The notes below the pieces were generated by a model. It saw only the letters and a program-made list of their open reading frames with translations, had not been told where the DNA came from and did not search any database. The position numbers and the translations under genes are program-made. Positions 55,301 to 64,000 of a stretch of DNA of 64,000 nucleotides are shown piece after piece. Each line of letters starts with the position of its first letter. Positions within the stretch are counted from its first letter, which is position 1. Source of the DNA: Lentisphaerae bacterium GWF2_38_69 (GTDB lineage: Bacteria; Verrucomicrobiota; Lentisphaeria; Victivallales; GWF2-38-69); assembly GCA_001803205.1 (NCBI GenBank), contig MHBE01000028.1:24929-88928 (forward strand), in the 5' to 3' direction.

Positions 55301-56224
55301 AAAATCGACGAAATTGCCAAAAAATATCTTCCTAGAATTGAAAAGATTGAACAGGAAAGAGATGAAGCAATTAATTCTCTTGAAAGTGGACAGGATATTG
55401 AATTGGGAGCGATTAAAAAAGTTAAAGTTTATATAGCTACAAAAAGGAAACTGCAGGTCGGGGATAAAATGGCCGGAAGGCATGGAAATAAGGGCATTGT
55501 GGCTAAAATTGTGCCTCTTGAAGATATGCCGTACCTTGCTGACGGGACACCTGTTGATATTGTTCTTAATCCTCTTGGAGTCCCAAGCCGTATGAATGTA
55601 GGACAGATACTTGAAACACATCTTGGCTGGGCTGCGGGAATCCTTGGACTTAAAGTAGCCTGTCCCGTATTCGATGGACCAAATGAAGGAGCTATTATTA
55701 ACCTTTTTGAAAAAGCTAATGTCAAGTATGAAAAAGAACATGGTGAAAACATGCATTGGGGCTTTGTTCAAAAAGATGGGAAATGGGTTTTTGACGGTAA
55801 AGTAGATCTTTTTGACGGAAGAACCGGAAACAGGTTTCATCAGAGAGTTACTGTCGGCAAGATGTATATGCTGAAACTAGACCATCTTGTGGCAAACAAG
55901 ATTCATGCAAGATCTGTCGGGCCATATTCGCTTGTTACTCAACAACCTCTCGGAGGTAAAGCACAACATGGCGGACAGCGCTTTGGAGAAATGGAAGTAT
56001 GGGCTCTTGAAGCTTATGGTGCTGCTTATGCTTTGCAAGAAATGCTTACAGTCAAGAGCGACGATGTGGTCGGTCGTACTAGAATGTACGAATCGATAGT
56101 CAAAGGACAGAATGTTCTTGAAGCAGGCCGTCCTGAATCATTTAATGTGCTTATGAAGGAAATGCAGAGTCTGGGACTTGATATACAGGTCGTTAAAGAC
56201 GCAGAAGCCCTTCACAAGCAATAA
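52394..56224 (+). CDS. rpoB: DNA-directed RNA polymerase subunit beta
   Basis: 1276 aa. GDKMAGRHGNKG, SVGPYSLVTQQPLGGKAQHGGQRFGEMEVWALEAYGAA. Confidence 0.98.
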   Translation: MAERINLGKLHDILEIPNLINIQVQSYEEFLQKDIAQKDIKCQGLNEVLREIFPIESYDKKCVLEYTSYTIGSPKVSLLDCLKDGESYSSPLNIEFRLDNNGEIKTETVYMGEIPIMTDKGTFIINGAERVIISQLHRSPGICFEKKQHTSGRTLYSYRIIPDRGSWLEVQFDINDNMYIYLDRKRRRRKFLVSTLLRAVGYETNREIISNFYDIKKVTVAALSKENDVSVYYTLGEIIDADGDVIVEPYDSLTEQAVASLKSQKVKDIELIHIPNKADYLLKCLQRDTSTTKEEALKEIYRRMRPGDPPSIQNATQLLDRLFFDVKRYDIGLVGRHKINKRLNLEVPKDTRTLTKEDLIGSTKYLMKLRCSGGKVDDIDHLGARRIKTVGEQLQNQCRIGLVRTERLIRERMTLLGMNESVMTPGKLVNPKAFASVIRDFFARNQLSQFMDQTNPLSELTNKRRLSALGPGGLNRERAGFEVRDVHTSHYGRVCPIETPEGPNIGLISSMSLYARVNDFGFLETPYRVVKDCKVTNEIVYLTADEEEQYVIAQANAQLDSDNNLESKTVRARYQGDPVVRAKEDVQLMDVSPKQLVSAAAALIPFLEHDDANRALMGSNMQRQAVPLLTTEAPIVGTGLESRVAVDTKSVVSAIDEGIVADVSGDRIIITADGKSIDKTSKPEKVQEYELFKFLRTNAGTSINQRPLVKSGMHIKKGDIIADGASTSNGELGLGKNLTVAFMSWCGYNFEDAIVISERVVKEDVYTSIHVTECETIARDTKLGPEEITRDIPNVSEEALKNLGPDGVIRLGSEVKPGDILVGKITPKSETELAPEERLLRAIFGEKAADVKDSSLIVGSGNTGVVMDVRIEHSKDANKAAMTKTELRRQCKHIKDNGKAEYSVLTEELVAELTDIMLKEKLTHPIYDTSSSKKDMILISSNRRVTTSGINKLANKIRYYRMEDCPMKKKIDEIAKKYLPRIEKIEQERDEAINSLESGQDIELGAIKKVKVYIATKRKLQVGDKMAGRHGNKGIVAKIVPLEDMPYLADGTPVDIVLNPLGVPSRMNVGQILETHLGWAAGILGLKVACPVFDGPNEGAIINLFEKANVKYEKEHGENMHWGFVQKDGKWVFDGKVDLFDGRTGNRFHQRVTVGKMYMLKLDHLVANKIHARSVGPYSLVTQQPLGGKAQHGGQRFGEMEVWALEAYGAAYALQEMLTVKSDDVVGRTRMYESIVKGQNVLEAGRPESFNVLMKEMQSLGLDIQVVKDAEALHKQ

Positions 56225-56242
56225 AAGGGAGGAGTTACTACA

Positions 56243-59200
56243 ATGATAGATACAAATACGACCAACAAGGGTTACGAATATGTTGAAGACAACAGTTTTG
56301 AAGCAGTATCAATAAGTATAGCTTCTCCAGAGCGTATCCGTTCGTGGAGCCATGGAGAAGTAAGAAATCCCGAAACAATAAATTATAGAAGTTTTAAACC
56401 TGAAAAAGGCGGACTTTTCTGCGAAAGGATATTTGGACCAAGCAGAGATTGGGAATGCAGCTGCGGAAAATATAAGCGCATTAAGTACAAAGGCGTGATA
56501 TGTGACAGATGCGGCGTTGAAGTAACAGTTTCAAGAGTTAGGCGTGAACGAATGGGACATATTGAACTTGCTGTGCCTGTCTCTCATGTATGGTTTTTCA
56601 AATGCATGCCTAGCAGACTAGGCCTTATTCTTGATATGACTGCAAGAGCGCTTGAAAGAGTAATTTACTATGAAGAATGGGTAGTAATTGATGCAGGCGA
56701 CACTCCGCTGAAAGTCACACAAACATTAAGCGAAATTGAATATCGTGAAGCTATTGAATTATATGGATCAAATTCATTTGTTGCAGATATGGGAGCGCCT
56801 GCTATCAAGAAACTTCTTGAAACACTAGACCTTAAGGCTCTTAAGGACGATTTAGGTTCTCAGATGTTTGCTACCAGAAGCCGTGCTATCAGAAAGAAAA
56901 TTGCAAAAAGATTAAGATTGATCGAAGGCTTTACTGAAAGTCAGGCAAAACCTGAATGGATGATTCTGGAAGTTCTTCCTGTTATTCCTCCAGAGCTAAG
57001 ACCCCTAGTTCCTCTCGAGGGCGGCAGGTTTGCAACATACGATTTAAATGACCTCTATAGAAGAGTTATTTATCGTAATAACCGCCTGAAAAATCTACTT
57101 CAGCTCAAAACACCTGAAGTTATTATCAGAAATGAAAAAAGAATGCTTCAGGAAGCTGTTGATGCTCTAATGGATAATGGAAGACATGGGAGAGCTATAA
57201 CAGGAGCAGGCAACCGTCCTCTCAAATCGCTTAGTGATATGCTTAAGGGTAAAGGAGGCCGTTTCAGGCAGAATCTTCTTGGTAAACGCGTAGATTATTC
57301 GGGACGCTCTGTGATAGTAGTTGGTCCTGAGCTCAAGCTCGATCAGTGCGGATTGCCCAAGAAAATGGCTCTTACTCTTTTCGAACCTTTCATAATCAGG
57401 CATCTCAAAGACAGAGGCTATGTCCATACTGTCAGAAGCGCAAAGAAGATGATAGAAAGAGGGGATGATGTAGTGTGGGATATCCTTGAAGAAGTTACAA
57501 AGGGGCATCCTGTTCTTCTGAATCGCGCTCCAACTCTTCACAGACTAAGTATTCAAGCTTTTAATCCGGTTCTGATTGAAGGTTCTGCTATAAGAATTCA
57601 TCCTTTGGTTTGTACAGCTTATAATGCAGACTTTGACGGAGACCAGATGGCTGTTCATATTCCGTTATCTGGCGCAGCTCAGCTTGAAAGCAAACTTTTG
57701 ATGCTTGCCCCAAATAATATATTTTCTCCATCAAACGGCAAACCTATTGCTACTCCTTCTCAGGATATAACACTGGGATCCTATTATTTGACTACTACAA
57801 TGGATTCCAATACAAATCCAAAGATATATGGAGGATATTTCGAACTTCTTGCAGCTTACGATGAAGAAATCATTAAAATTCATGATTTGGTTAAGATTCC
57901 TAATCCTGATTATGGAAAAGATACAATTTGGGGAGATAAAAAGTCCAAATATATCATTACCACACTTGGGAGATGCAAGTTTAATGAAATATGGCCGGTT
58001 GAGTTGGGGTTCTTTAATCAGCCTACCGCTAAAAAGACACTCAATAAACTTATCGGAGATTGTTATATTCATGTGGGTCATGCAAGTACTGTAAAAGTTC
58101 TGGACGCACTAAAAGCGCTCGGGTACGAGTATGCCACAAGATCTGGTTTTTCAATTTCTATTGCTGATTTGAATGTGCCTAAGTCAAAAACTGCTGAAAT
58201 AGAAAAATCTCAGGCTGAAGTCGATAAAATTGACAAACAGTATAATAAAGGTGTGATAACTGAGGATGAGAGATTAAACAAAATTATAGATATTTGGAGT
58301 AAAACTTCTAATACTCTGGCTGATGAACTTATAAATACTCTCAGACAAGGAACAGTTAAGCCTGGTGAAATTAATCCTGTTTATGCAATGCTTGATTCAG
58401 GCGCCAGAGGCAGCAAAGACCAGATAAAACAGCTTGCAGGGATGCGCGGACTGATGGCTAAACCTTCTGGGGAAATTATTGAAAATCCTATTATTTCAAA
58501 CTTCCGTGAAGGCCTTAAGGTTCAGGAGTATTTTATAAGTACACACGGAGCAAGAAAAGGGCTTGCTGACACAGCTCTAAAGACCGCAGACTCGGGTTAT
58601 ATGACAAGGAAGCTAGTTGATGTGGCTCAGGATATTATCTGTAGAGAAGATGACTGTGGTACTTCAAATGGCATAGTTGCTACAGCCCTTAAGGATGCCG
58701 GTGAAGAAGTCGTACCTCTCAGAGACAGAATTAAAGGCAGATACTGCGCTAAAGACATTCCGGCTAAAGGAAGAGGTAAATATTATGCAAGAGCCAATGA
58801 TTACATATCTGAAGAGCTCGCAGCTATCGTAGAAAAAGGAGGCGTCAAGGAAGTAACAATGAGATCTCCTTTGACTTGCGAAGCAGAATTTGGTGTTTGC
58901 ATCAAATGCTATGGCAAAAATCTTGCGTCTAATAGTCTTGCAATAACAGGAGATGCTGTCGGAATTATTGCCGCCCAGTCTATTGGTGAACCAGGGACTC
59001 AATTGACGATGCGTACTTTCCATATCGGTGGTACAGCGTCTTCTTCAATGCAGCAGTCGCAAATAGCTATAAGAGCCTCTGGAACTATACATTATGGAGA
59101 TAATGTTAGGTTTATTCAGGATATTGAAAAGGCTTTTAAAGTAGTTAAAGCAGGCAGTATCAGCATTAAAGATGAAGAAAATGTAACGATTGAAAAATAT

Positions 59201-60409
59201 GAACTCCCCATAGGAGCTACTATTTTCTTTAATGAAAAAGATATCGTAAAGGAAGGCGATCTTGTAGCAAAATGGGATCCATTTAATATCCCTATTCTAG
59301 CTGAAGTAACTGGAAGAGTGGAATTTAGAGATCTTGTTGATGGTATTACCCTGAATCGCGAAGTAAGAGCAAGCGGAATTGAAGAAATGACAGTACTGGA
59401 ACATAGGGAAGATTTACATCCACAAATTGTTCTTATTAATGATGATGATGAAATACTTGACCATCATCCTCTCCCGTCAGGCGCATACCTGATGGTTAAA
59501 GAAGATGAAGCTATCCAGGTGGGCTCAACAATAGCTCGCTTGCCCAGACAGCTTTCAAAGAATAAAGATATTACCGGAGGCTTGCCTCGTGTCTCAGAAC
59601 TTTTTGAAGCCAGAAGACCTAAAGAACTTGCCGAAATTGCAAGGATGACCGGGCGTGTGGAAATCGGAAAAATGGGAAGAGGTAAGATACAGTTGATCAT
59701 TCACGATATGGAAGATCCAACACTTGTTGAAGAGCATTCAATTCCTTCTCAAAAGCACCTTACAGTAAGAAAGGGAGACATTGTAAAGAAGGGGCAGAAG
59801 CTCACGGACGGTTCAATTGATCCTCATGACCTTCTTGAAATTTGTGGGCCACAGGAACTTCAGAAATACCTGGTCAATGAAGTACAAATGGTTTACAGAG
59901 CTCAAGGCGTTGAAATCAATGACAAACACATTGAGATAATAGTCAAACAAATGCTGCAGAAAGTTAGAATCACTGAACCAGGTTCTACCCAATATCTGCC
60001 AGGGGAACAGATAGACAAGCGCAATTTTATCAAAGAAAATAGCAAAGTTGTTCAAAATGGCGGAACTCCTGCTGAAGCAGATCCAGTTCTTCTTGGAATA
60101 ACAAAAGCTTCTCTTGAAACAGAAAGCTTTATTTCAGCTGCTTCCTTCCAGGATACGACAAGAATTCTTACAGATGCTGCAATTCTCGGTAAAGTTGATG
60201 GTTTGAGAGGATTTAAAGAAAATGTGATAACCGGACATTTAATTCCTGCAGGAACAGGAACTACCAATTATACAGAATTGAGCGTAATAAAACTTGGTGA
60301 AGAAGTTGAACTTGAATTCAAATCAGAAGAAGAATCACAGGATAAACTGACAGTTGAAGAAACTGTAGCTACAGCCAAGGCTGCTGAAATTCTTGCAATA
60401 GATAAATAA
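56243..60409 (+). CDS. rpoC: DNA-directed RNA polymerase subunit beta'
   Basis: 1388 aa. Zinc site [15 protein letters not shown], catalytic [12 protein letters not shown], trigger-loop region [16 protein letters not shown] with an SI3-like insertion. Confidence 0.98.
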   Translation: MIDTNTTNKGYEYVEDNSFEAVSISIASPERIRSWSHGEVRNPETINYRSFKPEKGGLFCERIFGPSRDWECSCGKYKRIKYKGVICDRCGVEVTVSRVRRERMGHIELAVPVSHVWFFKCMPSRLGLILDMTARALERVIYYEEWVVIDAGDTPLKVTQTLSEIEYREAIELYGSNSFVADMGAPAIKKLLETLDLKALKDDLGSQMFATRSRAIRKKIAKRLRLIEGFTESQAKPEWMILEVLPVIPPELRPLVPLEGGRFATYDLNDLYRRVIYRNNRLKNLLQLKTPEVIIRNEKRMLQEAVDALMDNGRHGRAITGAGNRPLKSLSDMLKGKGGRFRQNLLGKRVDYSGRSVIVVGPELKLDQCGLPKKMALTLFEPFIIRHLKDRGYVHTVRSAKKMIERGDDVVWDILEEVTKGHPVLLNRAPTLHRLSIQAFNPVLIEGSAIRIHPLVCTAYNADFDGDQMAVHIPLSGAAQLESKLLMLAPNNIFSPSNGKPIATPSQDITLGSYYLTTTMDSNTNPKIYGGYFELLAAYDEEIIKIHDLVKIPNPDYGKDTIWGDKKSKYIITTLGRCKFNEIWPVELGFFNQPTAKKTLNKLIGDCYIHVGHASTVKVLDALKALGYEYATRSGFSISIADLNVPKSKTAEIEKSQAEVDKIDKQYNKGVITEDERLNKIIDIWSKTSNTLADELINTLRQGTVKPGEINPVYAMLDSGARGSKDQIKQLAGMRGLMAKPSGEIIENPIISNFREGLKVQEYFISTHGARKGLADTALKTADSGYMTRKLVDVAQDIICREDDCGTSNGIVATALKDAGEEVVPLRDRIKGRYCAKDIPAKGRGKYYARANDYISEELAAIVEKGGVKEVTMRSPLTCEAEFGVCIKCYGKNLASNSLAITGDAVGIIAAQSIGEPGTQLTMRTFHIGGTASSSMQQSQIAIRASGTIHYGDNVRFIQDIEKAFKVVKAGSISIKDEENVTIEKYELPIGATIFFNEKDIVKEGDLVAKWDPFNIPILAEVTGRVEFRDLVDGITLNREVRASGIEEMTVLEHREDLHPQIVLINDDDEILDHHPLPSGAYLMVKEDEAIQVGSTIARLPRQLSKNKDITGGLPRVSELFEARRPKELAEIARMTGRVEIGKMGRGKIQLIIHDMEDPTLVEEHSIPSQKHLTVRKGDIVKKGQKLTDGSIDPHDLLEICGPQELQKYLVNEVQMVYRAQGVEINDKHIEIIVKQMLQKVRITEPGSTQYLPGEQIDKRNFIKENSKVVQNGGTPAEADPVLLGITKASLETESFISAASFQDTTRILTDAAILGKVDGLRGFKENVITGHLIPAGTGTTNYTELSVIKLGEEVELEFKSEEESQDKLTVEETVATAKAAEILAIDK

Positions 60410-60493
60410 AATTAGAATATAATTTGTATATCGTTGAAAGAAAATTAGATTAAACGCTCTTTGATTTATAAAAAATTTTAAAGGTGAAAGAAA

Positions 60494-60910
60494 ATGCCCA
60501 CAATAAATCAGTTAATTAAGACTGGTAGAACTAAAAAGTTCAAAAAAGTCAAGGCTCGTGCTTTGCAGGGATGCCCGCAAAGAAGAGGCATCTGTACACA
60601 GGTAACAACTAGAACTCCAAAAAAACCTAATTCAGCTCTTAGAAAAGTCGCCAGAGTGCGTCTTACTAATGGACAGGAAGTAACAGCTTATATAGGCGGA
60701 GAAGGACATAATTTGCAGGAACACTCTGTTGTTTTAGTAAAAGGCGGCAGGGTAAGAGATCTTCCTGGCGTACGCTATCATATTGTGCGTGGGGCACTCG
60801 ATAGTTTAGGAGTTGAAAAACGCAGACAGGGACGCTCGAAATACGGCAACAAGCGTCCTAAAGCAGGAGCCGCAGCAGGTGGAGCTTCAGCAACTAAGGC
60901 AAAAAAATAA
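60494..60910 (+). CDS. rpsL: 30S ribosomal protein S12
   Basis: 138 aa. MPTINQLIK.., [15 protein letters not shown], with a Gly/Ala-rich basic C-tail. Confidence 0.96.
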   Translation: MPTINQLIKTGRTKKFKKVKARALQGCPQRRGICTQVTTRTPKKPNSALRKVARVRLTNGQEVTAYIGGEGHNLQEHSVVLVKGGRVRDLPGVRYHIVRGALDSLGVEKRRQGRSKYGNKRPKAGAAAGGASATKAKK

Positions 60911-61016
60911 CTTGAGACAGTTTAAAAATATGATCTGTCGATACTTAAAAGTGTCGGCAGATTTGTTGTCATAATGTCTTATCTAATAAGTTAAAATATT
61001 TGAGGTAGATTAAAGG

Positions 61017-61487
61017 ATGAGAAGAAGAAAAGCAGAAAAAAGGGATATCATTCCCGATCCAAAGTACAACAGTGAACTTGTAGCACGCCTTATCCATGGG
61101 ATTATGGAAAGAGGAAAAAAGGCCGTTGCCCAAGGTATTGTTTATGGTGCATTTGATGAAATAAAGAAGAAAAAGAAAGATCTGGATCCTCTTGAGGTAT
61201 TCGTTCAGGCTCTAGAAAACGCTAAACCCAGACTCGAAGTAAAGAGCAGAAGAGTGGGTGGAGCAACATATCAGGTTCCTGTTGAAATACCACAGGAAAG
61301 ACAAGCTACTCTTGCCATGAAGTGGATTACTTCTTATGCCCGCAACAGGAAAGGGATGCCTATGAAAAAAGGCCTTGCTGTTGAACTCATGGATGCTTTT
61401 GATAATACAGGATCTGCAATTAAAAAGAAAGAGGATACACACAAAATGGCACAAGCAAACAAGGCTTTTGCTCATTATCGTTGGTAA
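61017..61487 (+). CDS. rpsG: 30S ribosomal protein S7
   Basis: 156 aa. [17 protein letters not shown].., [12 protein letters not shown]-terminal AFAHYRW. Confidence 0.96.
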   Translation: MRRRKAEKRDIIPDPKYNSELVARLIHGIMERGKKAVAQGIVYGAFDEIKKKKKDLDPLEVFVQALENAKPRLEVKSRRVGGATYQVPVEIPQERQATLAMKWITSYARNRKGMPMKKGLAVELMDAFDNTGSAIKKKEDTHKMAQANKAFAHYRW

Positions 61488-61498
61488 TAATATCACAA

Positions 61499-63616
61499 AT
61501 GGCTAAATCGTCTGCAAAAAAAGAATATGTAGAATCTGAATGTAGGAGTTTTCCTCTTTCGAGTGTTCGCAATATTGGTGTTATTGCTCATATAGATGCT
61601 GGTAAAACTACTACCTCCGAGAGGATACTTTACTATACTGGTGTCAATTATAAGATGGGCGAAGTTCATGAAGGTACAGCTACCATGGACTGGATGGTGC
61701 AGGAGCAGGAAAGAGGTATTACTATTACTTCTGCTGCTACTACTTGTGTCTGGAAACAACATAAAATTAACCTGATTGACACTCCCGGACATGTTGACTT
61801 TACTGCTGAGGTAGAAAGATCTCTTCGTGTACTTGATGGAGCTGTAACTGTTTTTTGCGCAGTTGGTGGAGTTCAACCGCAAACAGAAACTGTTTGGAGA
61901 CAGGCAAAGAAATATAAAGTTCCTATCGTCGCTTTTATAAATAAAATGGATCGGACAGGGGCAGACTTTGAGAAAGTAGTGCATGATATGCGAACTAAAC
62001 TCAATACGGTAGTTGTTCCTATTCAGGTGCCGATTGGAAAAGAATCTGACTTTACTGGCTTTATTGACATTATAGCTAAAAGATCCCGTTATTTTGACGA
62101 AGAAGAGGACGGTTCAAAATTCAGAGATGTTGAAGGATATGAAGAGGAATATGAATCTAAAGTAGATGAATATTTTAATTATCTTGTCGAATGTCTTGCT
62201 GAATTTAATGAAGAAGTTATGGAACATTTTGTTAGCAATACAGTTCCCGATACACAACTTATAAAAAATTCTTTGCGTGAAGCTGTTGTCAAAGGTCATA
62301 TAGTTCCTGTAATATGCGGTTCAGCATTTAAGAACAAAGGCGTGCAGGCACTTCTTGATGCTGTAGTTGATTATCTTCCGTCGCCTAGTGATATTGAGGC
62401 TATTGAAGGAATAGATCCGATTTCCGAAGAAAAGAGAACGGTACAGGTTGGAGATGATAAACCATTTGCAGCACTGGCTTTTAAGATAATGAATGACACT
62501 TATGTAGGAAAACTCACTTTCTTCAGAGTGTACTCAGGAGTCGCCAAACCAGGCCTTACCATATACAATCCCCGAACCAGAAAAACTGAAAGATTTGGCC
62601 GTCTTCTGCAAATGCATGCCAATTCCAGGGAAGAAAGAGAATATGTATTTAGCGGAGATATAGCCGCTGCTGTTGGATTAAAGGATGTTACTACCGGAGA
62701 TACTATCTGTCAGGAGAACAATAAAATTTTACTTGAAACAATGAGTTTTCCAGAACCTGTGATGTCTATTGCTGTTGAACCTAAAACTGCTGCTGATAGA
62801 GATAAACTTTACAATGCCCTTGCTTCTTTATCCGACGAAGACCCTACTTTTGTGGTAAAAAGCGATGAAGAAACAGCTCAAACTATCATATCAGGAATGG
62901 GAGAACTTCATCTTGAAATTATAATGGACAGACTTGTAAGAGAGTTCAAAGTAGAAGCAAATTCCGGTAAACCTCAGGTTGCATACAGAGAAACGATTGT
63001 TTCAAATGCCGAAGCTGATGCAAAATTTATAAAGCAATCTGGAGGAAAGGGACAATACGGACATGTTATAATTGAGATAACTTCTATGGAACGCGGCCAT
63101 GGAATTACCATTGAAAATAAAGTTACTGGCGGCAATATCCCTAAAGAATATATCAAACCTATTGAAAAAGGGATTCAGGAGGCATCAAAAAGTGGTGTTA
63201 TTGCAGGTTACCCTCTTATTGACTTTCATGTTGACATTTTAGATGGATCATATCATCCTGTAGACTCTTCAGAGTTAGCGTTTAAAATAGCCGGATCCAT
63301 GGCTTTAAAACAAGCCGCAAAGAAAGCAGGGCCGATAATATTAGAGCCTGTAATGAAATTGGAAATTGTAACTCCCCCTGAATATATGGGAGATGTTATA
63401 GGAGATGTATCCAGTAGACGCGGAAGCGTAGTAGAATTTGAAACAGGGGAGAATGAAACAAAAATTATTGCCCATGTTCCACTTGCTGAAATGTTCGGAT
63501 ATTCTACTGCTATAAGATCAATATCAAAAGGCAGAGCAGGATATTCAATGGAGCCATCCCATTTTGCTAAAGTACCAAATAATATTCAAGAAAAAATATT
63601 GGAGAAGAATAAATGA
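61499..63616 (+). CDS. fusA: elongation factor G
   Basis: [25 protein letters not shown] 61499 (MAKSSAKK..) is preferred over the TTG 61481 of the ORF track. Confidence 0.95.
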   Translation: MAKSSAKKEYVESECRSFPLSSVRNIGVIAHIDAGKTTTSERILYYTGVNYKMGEVHEGTATMDWMVQEQERGITITSAATTCVWKQHKINLIDTPGHVDFTAEVERSLRVLDGAVTVFCAVGGVQPQTETVWRQAKKYKVPIVAFINKMDRTGADFEKVVHDMRTKLNTVVVPIQVPIGKESDFTGFIDIIAKRSRYFDEEEDGSKFRDVEGYEEEYESKVDEYFNYLVECLAEFNEEVMEHFVSNTVPDTQLIKNSLREAVVKGHIVPVICGSAFKNKGVQALLDAVVDYLPSPSDIEAIEGIDPISEEKRTVQVGDDKPFAALAFKIMNDTYVGKLTFFRVYSGVAKPGLTIYNPRTRKTERFGRLLQMHANSREEREYVFSGDIAAAVGLKDVTTGDTICQENNKILLETMSFPEPVMSIAVEPKTAADRDKLYNALASLSDEDPTFVVKSDEETAQTIISGMGELHLEIIMDRLVREFKVEANSGKPQVAYRETIVSNAEADAKFIKQSGGKGQYGHVIIEITSMERGHGITIENKVTGGNIPKEYIKPIEKGIQEASKSGVIAGYPLIDFHVDILDGSYHPVDSSELAFKIAGSMALKQAAKKAGPIILEPVMKLEIVTPPEYMGDVIGDVSSRRGSVVEFETGENETKIIAHVPLAEMFGYSTAIRSISKGRAGYSMEPSHFAKVPNNIQEKILEKNK

Positions 63617-63942
63617 GCGCAAAAGAAAATCCTAAACAACGCATCAGGATTCGTCTCCAGGCTTTTGATCACAGAGTCCTGGACAAATCCGTAAAAGACA
63701 TTGTAAGTACAGCAAAGAGAACTGGCGCTGTAGTTGCTGGTCCGATTCCACTGCCAACAAGAATAGAAAGGCTTACCGTCAACCGTTCTCCCCATGTTGA
63801 CAAGAAGTCAATGGATCAATTTGAAACTAGAACTCATAAAAGATTGATGGATATCATTAATCCTACTGCAAAGACAGTTGATGAACTCAAGAAACTGAAT
63901 TTGCCTTCAGGTGTTGATATTTCCATAAAAGTCGGGTTCTAA
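63613..63942 (+). CDS. rpsJ: 30S ribosomal protein S10
   Basis: 109 aa. [27 protein letters not shown] overlap with the fusA stop. Confidence 0.95.
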   Translation: MSAKENPKQRIRIRLQAFDHRVLDKSVKDIVSTAKRTGAVVAGPIPLPTRIERLTVNRSPHVDKKSMDQFETRTHKRLMDIINPTAKTVDELKKLNLPSGVDISIKVGF

Positions 63943-63994
63943 TTTATATTAATCGGCACCAATGCTCTTTGAAGTAAGTGCCATAGGAGGAAAA

Positions 63995-64000
63995 ATGAAA
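63995..64000 (+). CDS. rplC: probable start of 50S ribosomal protein L3 (only 2 codons in window)
   Basis: GGAGG RBS then ATGAAA at the window edge. Call rests on the conserved rpsJ-rplC order only. Confidence 0.3.

Noticed and set aside
54115-55840. Several long antisense ORFs inside rpoB (128, 149, 208 and 107 aa on the minus strand)
   Set aside because: The 208-aa ORF is codon-aligned with the rpoB frame, so it only reflects local absence of TTA/CTA/TCA sense codons. The translations are low-complexity and lack motifs or RBS, and rpoB is under strong constraint. Treated as shadow ORFs.

Overview
AT-rich bacterial chromosome segment, tightly packed with about 62 protein-coding genes and 3 tRNAs. 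I saw no rRNA, CRISPR array, transposase, integrase or phage-like gene. All calls come from reading motifs by eye; no searches were run. Left edge: a divergent partial FHA-domain gene, then the distal part of the ribosomal spc/alpha cluster, adk-map-infA-rpmJ-rpsM-rpsK-rpsD-rpoA-rplQ (390-5377). Right quarter (47458-64000): tRNA-Leu(GAG), tRNA-Thr(GGU), tuf, rpmG, tRNA-Trp, secE, nusG, rplKAJL, rpoBC, rpsLG, fusA, rpsJ and the first codons of rplC. The roughly 42 kb between these blocks holds: an orphan non-primary sigma factor; a HAD phosphatase; two divergent fold-type-II PLP enzymes; glyQS plus a double zinc-ribbon protein; a 55-aa 2x[4Fe-4S] ferredoxin missing from the ORF track; queF, two membrane-GNAT-like paralogs and uppP; a divergent 819-aa membrane pyrophosphatase; a Gfo/Idh/MocA oxidoreductase divergent from a multi-TM GT2 synthase; hrpA; an overlapping mgtA-nhaD-tatD-tcdA string; nnr; a long secreted GH37 trehalase-like protein; a stand-alone MgsA_C-like protein; and an 8-gene minus-strand amino-sugar/sugar operon divergent from uxaC-HIT. 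That operon contains nagA, a long MurQ/GCKR-type SIS protein, a BadF-type kinase, nagB, a DapA/NanA-type lyase, a FucI-like isomerase, an OB-DHH-DHHA1 RecJ-like protein and an FGGY kinase. I found no clear-cut mobile, defence or toxin system. The best candidates for something undescribed are: (i) the overlapped pair of 3-TM half-bundle/GNAT-like fusion proteins co-operonic with uppP; (ii) the RecJ-like OB-DHH protein embedded inside the sugar operon; (iii) the adjacent pair of unusually long PLP enzymes; and (iv) a shared GAC-N5-GTC/TTGTCATTCA operator-like site upstream of both the ferredoxin gene and the nag operon.
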